Shown here in pieces: positions 1 to 6,740 of a stretch of DNA of 37,452 nt. The notes under the pieces are model-generated. The model ran no database searches, had not been told where the DNA came from, and saw only the letters and a program-made list of their open reading frames with translations. Source of the DNA: a virus; the UHGV virus genome UHGV-1371557; one strand, 5' to 3'. Made by a program: the position numbers and the translations under genes. The stretch's first letter is position 1. Every line of letters starts with the position of its first letter.

Positions 1-107
1 TGTACCCCCGAGCAGGATATGAAGATTATCTGATAAATGTAGGCGTAAGTGCGCAAGCCGTTACTACATACGTGATCTACCTGCCTCACCTATACATTTA
101 AGAGCAA

Positions 108-1457
108 TTAAAGTTCATTAGATGATACCTCTTTCCGTCCGTTATGCGTCCGTTGTGAGGACAGCAGCGGACGGTTGAACTTTTCCATCTCCTGCGCCTT
201 GAGGGTATCTGCGATTGCGATGTACGGACGCATCGTTGCCTCGGTTTTGTGGCCTGTATATTTGCGGATGACCTCAGAGGGGATGCCAAGGGTGAGAGCC
301 TGCACAACAAAGGTATGGCGCCCTATGTGCGAGGTCACGACCTCATACTTCGGTAGTGACTCCTCGATGCGCTGGCGACCAGAATATCGCAGGCGTGTGA
401 CGGGTGCGTCTATGCCCGCCTGCTTGCACACGCTTTTGATCGCTCGGTTTAGGCGTTGCTCTGCCATTGATGGAAGTGGCTTCTCCTCACCCTTATACTT
501 ATTGAGGATAGTGCGGGCGTGGTCGTTGATGTCCACCTCGATCAGCTGGTCCGTCTTCTGTGCGTAGTATCGTATGCTTCTCTCTGTGATGTTGTCGTGT
601 GTCAGCTTCTTCAAATCCGAGTACCGCAGGCCAGTGAAGCAAAGGAAGCAGAAGAGGTCACGTGCTATCTTCTCTGAATGCAGGCGTAGCTCTACCTCCA
701 TAAGTCGGCTCAGCTCCTCCCACGTGAGATATACCTCGGCTCTGTTGCTATCGATGCCCTTTAGGCGCACCTCGAAGAAACGGCGGTAAGCCTTCTCGTA
801 TAGACCCTGACCTTGTGCCCAATAGAGTGCGCTCTTTAATATGCGGAGTGTCTTGTCTACTGATCCATTGAGAAGCCCACGCTTCGCTGTTAGGTGCGTG
901 ATAAAGTCTGCCACCCACTTCTCGTCAATATCCTCCAGTGTAGCCGCCTGCGAGTAGTCTGCTATGTGCATACGTGCGGTGCGTATGTTCGCCAGGTGTC
1001 GCTCGCTCCAGCTTCGTCTCCCGCTCTCAGCTTCTACGAATAGGTCGATGAGTGCGACTATCTTGCGTTTGTCCTCTGGGCTTGCCTTTGCTGGAGCTTC
1101 TTTGGTCGTTCCCAGCGCTTCTCCGAGGTACTCATTATACTTTGCCTTTAGCTCCTCGGGAGTGGGTAGTCGCTCTTCCCTCTCGAAGTAGTTAAACGCA
1201 CTCTCGACAGCCTCCTCCGTGTACTGCAGCGCGCGGTTTATCATAGCGGCTGGCGTGCGTCTATCTCCGTGCGTCGTGTTCTTCATGCACCGCTCCGACT
1301 CGGCACTCCACTTGTCTGGCTCGACGCGGTAGCCTACATACACACTGGTTATATAGCCACTGCCACCTCCGTAGCGGATGCGGTAGCGGACTTGCAGAGC
1401 CTTCCAGCCTTTCTGCTTATCGAGGAGGAAGTGGCAGGTACGTCGTATAGGTAGCAT
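108..1457 (-). CDS. int: Tyrosine-type site-specific integrase (phage integrase family)
   Basis: ORF of about 450 aa at the left edge of the prophage. The C-terminal region has the R...H-x-x-R...Y catalytic pattern (HIGRHTFVVQALTLG ... GHKTEATMRPY) and the N-terminal region looks like a core-binding domain. The ORF-track start at 1499 is a TTG; the first ATG is at 1455-1457. Confidence 0.85.
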   Translation of the reverse strand: MLPIRRTCHFLLDKQKGWKALQVRYRIRYGGGSGYITSVYVGYRVEPDKWSAESERCMKNTTHGDRRTPAAMINRALQYTEEAVESAFNYFEREERLPTPEELKAKYNEYLGEALGTTKEAPAKASPEDKRKIVALIDLFVEAESGRRSWSERHLANIRTARMHIADYSQAATLEDIDEKWVADFITHLTAKRGLLNGSVDKTLRILKSALYWAQGQGLYEKAYRRFFEVRLKGIDSNRAEVYLTWEELSRLMEVELRLHSEKIARDLFCFLCFTGLRYSDLKKLTHDNITERSIRYYAQKTDQLIEVDINDHARTILNKYKGEEKPLPSMAEQRLNRAIKSVCKQAGIDAPVTRLRYSGRQRIEESLPKYEVVTSHIGRHTFVVQALTLGIPSEVIRKYTGHKTEATMRPYIAIADTLKAQEMEKFNRPLLSSQRTHNGRKEVSSNEL

Positions 1458-1476
1458 GTTGTGTCGTATTTTATTG

Positions 1477-1512
1477 TAAAACCATTTCGTTGAAGCCAAC
1501 GAAATGGTTTTA
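1477..1512. terminator. Perfect 15-bp inverted repeat (AAAACCATTTCGTTG / CAACGAAATGGTTTT) with a 4-nt loop, flanked by A/T runs. Candidate bidirectional terminator or protein-binding palindrome between int and the upstream gene.
   Basis: Read directly from the sequence at 1478-1492 and 1497-1511. The A4 and T4 tracts are part of the stem ends, so it could terminate on either strand. Confidence 0.5.
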
Positions 1513-1532
1513 TGGTGTGTAATATACTCGCT

Positions 1533-2492
1533 CTAAGAAAAGTCGCTATCAGAGAAGAGTGAAAGCTCGCTTTCTTCATCTCTTTCTGGCGTGGTATGTT
1601 TTTCTGTAACTTGACTCCCCACTGATATTTTCTTTATATCAGCCTGAGACTGGATTGACTTATTGAACTTACTTATAAAGTCATCCCAATTATCTGAAAC
1701 CTCCATTATAGCGATAACCCTCTGTATTTGATTTGTAAGGTGTACGTTCCCTATATCATTTGTGAGATGCTGGTGGTATCGCTCTGTAGTGTTCCCTTGT
1801 TCGGATCGAGGCGTCACACGCTGTGGCTCTTCGAGGACGCCCTCTGGGAGCTGTCTGTATATGAGTTGGTTTGTCCAGCTACCAACAACCCCTGGTCTCT
1901 TTTTTATGCCCTCTAAGGTATAGTCCCATCCGTTGAGCCTGAATAGGTGCTGATAGAATATATCAGGGAACCTCTTTTGCCATGGTAGGAGGCCCTCTGA
2001 CACGTATGCCTTGAGTAGTTTCTGTAGCTCATCCCTCTCCCTGGTGTGCTGGTATCCTGTAGCTTCATCGATAAGGGCAGTTATCCCTACGTCGGCTAGG
2101 GCGATCAGGAGCACTTCAGATGTAACCGCAAGCCTTTCCTGTGCTGGTAGTAGCACGCCTGCTCGCTTTGCCTCCAAGTACACCTCACATAGCCCCCTGA
2201 GTATCCGAGCATCATACCCACTTCTTTTCGCCCCAGATAGGGTCTGATAAGGTATAAGCTTGGTCCACACCTTAATGTGTTCATTTACAAATGGCTGTAG
2301 GTTGTTTGCGTCGATAAAGCTGGGCATCTGGTCCCCTCTTGATCCATCGTTAGATCTCCCCTTTCTCGGGCGATCAAATGCCTGGAATACAGCCTTTGCT
2401 GTAAGTACACGTGTACCGTCACTGAGTACAGCACAAGGGAGCTCTTTGTCGCCAATCTTGAGCACCCCTTCATTTGTGGCTCTAAGACTCAT
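1533..2492 (-). CDS. Phage protein, P63C-domain-like (motif ALIDEATGYQ). Function unknown.
   Basis: 319-aa ORF with an ATG start, co-directional with int and the repressor. The domain call is from memory of the P63C family and is uncertain. Confidence 0.65.
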   Translation of the reverse strand: MSLRATNEGVLKIGDKELPCAVLSDGTRVLTAKAVFQAFDRPRKGRSNDGSRGDQMPSFIDANNLQPFVNEHIKVWTKLIPYQTLSGAKRSGYDARILRGLCEVYLEAKRAGVLLPAQERLAVTSEVLLIALADVGITALIDEATGYQHTRERDELQKLLKAYVSEGLLPWQKRFPDIFYQHLFRLNGWDYTLEGIKKRPGVVGSWTNQLIYRQLPEGVLEEPQRVTPRSEQGNTTERYHQHLTNDIGNVHLTNQIQRVIAIMEVSDNWDDFISKFNKSIQSQADIKKISVGSQVTEKHTTPERDEESELSLFSDSDFS

Positions 2493-2631
2493 GATAACAC
2501 TTTGTATTGTATGTGGTTTTTACTTGCTTGTTAGTTTTTCCACGAGCCTCATCAGCTCTAATATCTGCTCATCCTTTGTTCCCATCATGCTGATGTAGCA
2601 CTCACGGATGCGATATAATGGGGCTACTATT

Positions 2632-3201
2632 CTACAGGTCGGAACTCGCTATTTCACCCGCCTTTTTAATCAGAGCGTTGTCCGCATACATAAGCATTGC
2701 ATACTTGAACTTTTGACTATACTCTGGTCCATCATTCTTATAGGATAGCATAATTGTAGATCGAGAGTCTACATAGCTTCCCTCATAAGGTTTTGATGGT
2801 GTATCCATGTTGTCCTCCCAGCCTCTGTATTTAAGAATTAGACTATTTTTCAGTCGATCTGCTTCAGACTTGTCAGGTATCAATATGATCACCGTGTAGA
2901 GGATGCTGTCAACCGTTTTCATTATAATCTTATCTCGGGTCTCTCCCCAAAACCTCATACCGCTAACAGCTATCGTTTTCATCCTTGGTCCGTCAGTCGC
3001 ATCTGAGAAGTTTTCAATCGTCCCTCCTTGTGCTTGAACATTTTCCTTTATCTGCTCCAGCGTGGTCTCTCCAAGGGTGCACCCTACTATTGTTCGGGTG
3101 ATAACGCTTTTTGGCTTAGCGTTGTTGCGCTGTGCAAAGCCTGCTATAGTGGTTAGGAGAATGAGCAGTAGTGCTGCGAATGTTGAGTATAGATGCCTCA
3201 T
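2632..3201 (-). CDS. Secreted protein with an N-terminal signal peptide (MRHLYSTFAALLLILLTTIAGFAQ)
   Basis: 189-aa ORF. Hydrophobic h-region followed by an A-x-A-like cleavage site, with no Cys lipobox. It lies in the lysogeny-oriented block. Confidence 0.7.
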   Translation of the reverse strand: MRHLYSTFAALLLILLTTIAGFAQRNNAKPKSVITRTIVGCTLGETTLEQIKENVQAQGGTIENFSDATDGPRMKTIAVSGMRFWGETRDKIIMKTVDSILYTVIILIPDKSEADRLKNSLILKYRGWEDNMDTPSKPYEGSYVDSRSTIMLSYKNDGPEYSQKFKYAMLMYADNALIKKAGEIASSDL

Positions 3202-3220
3202 AGATCTGTAGTTTTGCGAG

Positions 3221-3583
3221 TTACTTCTGGTCTTCTTCGCAGGCCTCCTTGAGAAGATCCTGCCAGTCGGGGAAGGCCGCCATAAGTTGGTAGTCGAGGC
3301 TGTCGGCCGTGCGTCGTAGTCTTGGCGCTCTTTGGAAGCAGGCTATGCTCAAGGCGATAGATGAGGCGAGAGCGAGCGTGTACGTGATGATGTTGTCTAT
3401 CTTGCTATAGATTTCGTAGGAGTTTATGAACCCGATGAATATGAGGCCAACAGCGACAAGCACCAAGACAAAGCCCCATATATTGGCGGTATCAGCGGCT
3501 TGTCGTGTCTTGTCGTTTTGGGCGAAGCTGTCTCGGACGAATTTCTTGCGGTCTACGGATGCAAGGGTTTCTGTTCTCTTCAT
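3221..3583 (-). CDS. Small inner-membrane protein with two predicted TM helices
   Basis: 120-aa ORF starting 34 nt downstream of the repressor stop. Hydrophobic segments IWGFVLVLVAVGLIFIGFI and IITYTLALASSIALSIACF, and an acidic C-terminus. Confidence 0.7.
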   Translation of the reverse strand: MKRTETLASVDRKKFVRDSFAQNDKTRQAADTANIWGFVLVLVAVGLIFIGFINSYEIYSKIDNIITYTLALASSIALSIACFQRAPRLRRTADSLDYQLMAAFPDWQDLLKEACEEDQK

Positions 3584-3617
3584 AGTGAATTTATTTTAGG
3601 TGAATAATGCCTATGTA

Positions 3618-4574
3618 TTAGAACCTGCGCTTTATGAGCTCTTCTACGTAGAAGATGCCCTGCACATCATCGAGCTTCACTGAATAGTCCTTGTATTGGC
3701 TATTGAGCGAATGGCACGTGATCTCGTTGGTTGCCTTGTCGTGGTTTACAACCTCCTTGAGGACTATACCCTCAGCTTCGGTGGCCACGACGCAGTAGGT
3801 GTCTCGTCTGCGCTTTATGCCATACTGCCAGTCGCTTTTAGGAAGGACACGGCAGAGAAGCACGTCACCATCGAGAAACGCTGTACTGGTGCCGTCGTCC
3901 ATACTGTCGCCAGACACTTCAAAGAGCAGGTAATCTCCTTTCAGTCTCTTGTCGATCAGCACAGGCATCGTCTGTTTGTCCTCTTCCCAGCATGGATCTC
4001 CGAAGCCAGATAGTGCTCCTGCTTTCGCGCGGTGTGGCACAAGAGGTATCTCCACCCAATCGCGGTCGCTACTTACGAGTGGGCGTGCGCTGTTCTCTGG
4101 GGAGGGCTGCGTGATGGGTGTATCGGCTTTCAGCATACTGCCTTCGCCAGTATCAAGCCATACTACATTAAGCGATGGGTAGGCTTTCTGTATCTTCTCT
4201 TTTGCGTCACGCCCGATACCTCGGCTAAGTCCAGAGATAAAAGAAGCCGATAATCCAGCCTTCAACAGGAAGTCACGAACAGAGGTAGCCTCGTTGGTTG
4301 CCTCTATATACTGAGTTATGCGTGATTTAATCGCATCTTTTGCTCCTATATCATCGGACAACATCATGTTTCCTTCTCCCGTAAGCAGCCACGATGCGGA
4401 GATGCCAAACATTTCGCTCCACTTAGCCGCCTGCGCCTTACCAAATGCCTTCTTACCCGTCATTAGAGAGTTGACATAAGCCTTGCTAACCCCGAGTTTC
4501 TCTGCGATGGCGCTCTGCGTAACGCCTTTGCTTCTGAAATATTCCGACAGATCAGAAAAAATTTTTTCGCTCAT
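3618..4574 (-). CDS. CI/LexA-like repressor: tandem XRE-type HTH domains plus a C-terminal S24 peptidase domain
   Basis: HTH 1: SAIAEKLGVSKAYVNSLMTGKK. HTH 2: SASFISGLSRGIGRD...WLDTGEG. S24 motifs: VSGDSM and a downstream Lys. The ORF-track N-terminal extension to 4808 was rejected. The start was set at the ATG at 4572-4574 (MSEKIF...). Confidence 0.85.
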   Translation of the reverse strand: MSEKIFSDLSEYFRSKGVTQSAIAEKLGVSKAYVNSLMTGKKAFGKAQAAKWSEMFGISASWLLTGEGNMMLSDDIGAKDAIKSRITQYIEATNEATSVRDFLLKAGLSASFISGLSRGIGRDAKEKIQKAYPSLNVVWLDTGEGSMLKADTPITQPSPENSARPLVSSDRDWVEIPLVPHRAKAGALSGFGDPCWEEDKQTMPVLIDKRLKGDYLLFEVSGDSMDDGTSTAFLDGDVLLCRVLPKSDWQYGIKRRRDTYCVVATEAEGIVLKEVVNHDKATNEITCHSLNSQYKDYSVKLDDVQGIFYVEELIKRRF

Positions 4575-4630
4575 AAGATGCAGTATTACAGCGTCTTGCA
4601 AAATAATTAATCCAAAAAGGCTGACGTTGA

Positions 4631-4662
4631 TTTGGTAAGTCAACCAAATTGGTTTACCTTTG
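4631..4662 (+). promoter_or_regulatory. Candidate Bacteroidetes sigma-A promoter (TTTG-N20-TACCTTTG) for the Cro-like/early-right transcript, inside a divergent operator region
   Basis: TTTG at 4631-4634 and TAccTTTG at 4655-4662 with a 20-nt spacer. Inverted repeats read from the sequence: GTTGA...TCAAC (4625-4643), CTTCAA-AG-TTGAAG (about 4696-4709) and CAAAATTTG. Confidence 0.5.
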
Positions 4663-4749
4663 TAGTGTAGTTCAAGAGGAGCTACAACAAACGCTTCAAA
4701 GTTGAAGCAAAATTTGAAACAAAGATAAAGATAATCTACCACCTGCAAT

Positions 4750-4965
4750 ATGGCTGAAATAAGAGTTCCTAAGAGCCACTCCGAAAAGTTAGATGAGCGC
4801 GCTCTCAAGATGCAGGCCGATTACCTGCGACTCCTGTCACAAGGCGGGGGAATTTGGCAGGTAAAGAAAGCCCTTGCCAAAAAATACAAGGTGTGTATGG
4901 TGACAGTCTACAGCACGCTCAAGCGAGCTGAGGAACTGAACGCAACCACCTCTGCCGAAGGCTAA
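4750..4965 (+). CDS. Cro-like small HTH regulator
   Basis: 71-aa ORF divergent from the repressor. Helix-turn-helix-like segment IWQVKKALAKKYKVCMVTVYSTLKRA. Confidence 0.55.
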   Translation: MAEIRVPKSHSEKLDERALKMQADYLRLLSQGGGIWQVKKALAKKYKVCMVTVYSTLKRAEELNATTSAEG

Positions 4966-5169
4966 GCCCTCCAGCGACCGCGATCTTTGACATACTTGAT
5001 ACAAACAATGGCGAAACGAAATAATCTGCGGGTGAAAGGCCCGCGCGTGATTAACCCATTGTAGTTAGTCTGTGGCCTATTGCGCACAGAGCGAAGCCGT
5101 GGAAGGCACGGAACACCCGAGGATCGCAATCCTCCTGACTACACATTAGTAACTACAAATAATACGGCT

Positions 5170-5388
5170 ATGAATAGAATAGGAATAGTGCTTGCCTATC
5201 TGGTTGCAGGCGCACTTTGCGTCTTGGGCTTCCTCGGCTTTCTGCTGATAGTCTCAGACACTGACCACCCAACAATGCCAGCAGTGAGCACCTCGGAGTT
5301 CCTCATCAAGAAGTTCGCAGGCGTTCTCCTCCTCGGCATCACCGTCTATACGTGGCGAGCTATCGAGCGCTACGGCAGACAACATTAG
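5170..5388 (+). CDS. Small membrane protein (2 TM)
   Basis: The ORF track gives 5080-5388. The first ATG with a hydrophobic N-terminus (MNRIGIVLAYLVAGALCVLGFLGFLLIV) is at 5170. Confidence 0.5.
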   Translation: MNRIGIVLAYLVAGALCVLGFLGFLLIVSDTDHPTMPAVSTSEFLIKKFAGVLLLGITVYTWRAIERYGRQH

Positions 5389-5416
5389 CGGATAGATTCT
5401 CTTTTCTTCAATCCGT

Positions 5417-5455
5417 GGCGCGGGCGATCAATTTAGAGGTTCCCCGCGCCCACAA
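5417..5455 (+). terminator. GC hairpin (GGCGCGGG / CCCGCGCC, 18-nt loop) followed after 8 nt by TTTTT. Weak terminator candidate.
   Basis: Read from the sequence. It lies 29 nt after the stop of the 5170-5388 gene. Confidence 0.3.
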
Positions 5456-5495
5456 CGTTTTTAGTTTCCATATGATTTGATTTGTTTATTAGATC

Positions 5496-5543
5496 GTGAG
5501 GACGAACTCGGGAGAGCAAGGCCTCACAAAAAAGTACGCAATA
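5496..5543 (+). repeat. Hairpin A: stem GTGAGG/CCTCAC, 20-nt loop ACGAACTCGGGAGAGCAAGG, then ACAAAAAAGTACGCAAT
   Basis: Read directly from the sequence. It is the paralogue of hairpin B at 5745-5790. Confidence 0.6.
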
Positions 5544-5544
5544 T

Positions 5545-5610
5545 GTCGGTGCGTCGGGCGCAGGCCCCCTGATGCTACTTATGCCTTCATCAGCTCGGAG
5601 GCGCACCGAC
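5545..5610 (+). repeat. Nested inverted repeat: outer 9-bp stem GTCGGTGCG/CGCACCGAC enclosing an inner 6-bp stem CTGATG/CATCAG
   Basis: Read directly from the sequence, in a non-coding stretch. Confidence 0.5.
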
Positions 5611-5744
5611 CAAAGTAGAATAATAGACCGCTATTTGGGCGGTCATCCCACCACGGCTGAAAGGCTGTGGTAACATACTCTTATTGTTGTCCAGCCAGCC
5701 CGTGAGGGTGTAGCTGGAATAGTGATGAATGAACGAACGATCTA

Positions 5745-5790
5745 AGCGCGACAAACCCGAGAGGGCAAGGCGCGCTACAAAGTAGACAAT
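5745..5790 (+). repeat. Hairpin B: stem AGCGCG/CGCGCT, 20-nt loop ACAAACCCGAGAGGGCAAGG, then ACAAAGTAGACAAT
   Basis: 16 of 20 loop positions are identical to hairpin A and the loop length is the same. The stems have unrelated sequences but both are perfect 6-bp helices. Confidence 0.6.
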
Positions 5791-5990
5791 CTCCAAAATC
5801 CAACAACTCCAATGATACAGATTTCCAACACCGATGCAGTAATCATCGCAAGGACGCTACGGATACTTGGGACTAAGAGCTACGAAAATAGCCCGAAGGA
5901 TCTCAAGTGGCAGAATGCGATACGCAATGCAAAGCTCATGGCGAGGAAGCTCACACGCCACCTCGAACGAGCCTCAATAGATACATAGAT

Positions 5991-6281
5991 ATGGACACGG
6001 CAATCATCCTCAGCCAAGGAGAGCTCAAGGCTCTCATCTCATCAGCAGTGTGCGAGGCACTAAGCAAGCACACGGAGATAGCAAAGCCCACCGAGAGATA
6101 TATCGCAGGTCGTGAGAAGATACACGGCTTCCTCGGTATCAAGTCAAGAGGCGCGCTTAACTCAAGAATAGCAAAGTACCCCAGCGCCTTCCTGCAGGAT
6201 GAGCGCTTTACTCTCATCCTCGACGTAGATGCGTATGCAGAGTGCCTACGCAGAGAGCAGAAGATGACAAGACAGAAGTAA
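5991..6281 (+). CDS. Excisionase/HTH_17-like DNA-binding protein
   Basis: 97 aa from the internal ATG at 5991. Pattern EKIHGFLGIKSRGALNSRIAKYPSAF...FTLILDVDAYAECL resembles excisionase-type HTH proteins. The upstream extension in the ORF track was rejected. Confidence 0.5.
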   Translation: MDTAIILSQGELKALISSAVCEALSKHTEIAKPTERYIAGREKIHGFLGIKSRGALNSRIAKYPSAFLQDERFTLILDVDAYAECLRREQKMTRQK

Positions 6282-6288
6282 CCACTAT

Positions 6289-6513
6289 ATGAAGCAAAGC
6301 AACATAGACGAGCTACGATTCAGACGGCTCAGCGATCAAGATTTAGACCAGCACATCCATAACCACCAGCTGTATCTCTCCTTCCTAACGAATAAGATGC
6401 GCGCTCGAAATAAGCGGGTCCGCTACTTCTCATTGAGGGCTGGAGATACAGCAGACAAGCTTATCCTGCTCAAGGAAGAGAAAGCTCGTAGGGCGCAGGA
6501 AGTAAAGCAATGA
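6289..6513 (+). CDS. Hypothetical protein
   Basis: 74-aa ORF tightly packed with its neighbours (ATGA overlap with the next gene). Confidence 0.5.
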   Translation: MKQSNIDELRFRRLSDQDLDQHIHNHQLYLSFLTNKMRARNKRVRYFSLRAGDTADKLILLKEEKARRAQEVKQ

Positions 6514-6740
6514 AGAAGATAGACCGACGCGAGGTGATAGGAGCGATACAGCGACACCTCCAGCTACGCAAGGAAGAAAGACGGCTGCCGCTGATCGTAC
6601 TTAAAGAGCAACTATCCTCGGTAGTCGGCTATGGCTTCGATACTCTCCGCCCTATCCTGCTGGACCTCTATCAAGAAGGTCTACTGATCTCTGGGCGCAC
6701 ACTCAATTCTACCTACTTCACACTCCCAGAATATGTGTAA
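6510..6740 (+). CDS. Hypothetical protein, possibly a winged-helix DNA binder
   Basis: 76-aa ORF whose start overlaps the previous stop and whose end overlaps the next start. Confidence 0.5.
   Translation: MKKIDRREVIGAIQRHLQLRKEERRLPLIVLKEQLSSVVGYGFDTLRPILLDLYQEGLLISGRTLNSTYFTLPEYV

Noticed and set aside
1-107. attL/attR core and a tRNA integration target
   Set aside because: No tRNA-like sequence is present, and no significant direct repeat is shared between 1-107 and 37137-37452. The only shared 8-mer, TACGTGAT, is at chance level. The prophage boundaries cannot be defined from this window.
4575-4808. N-terminal extension of the repressor ORF (MRARSSNFSE...)
   Set aside because: The extension is hydrophobic and low-complexity. 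It covers the divergent operator/promoter region. The HTH domain begins at the internal ATG at 4574.
5590-5990. 68-aa minus-strand ORF and the 5' extension of the 5907 ORF
   Set aside because: Both overlap the hairpin-rich non-coding leader. Neither has a plausible start context.
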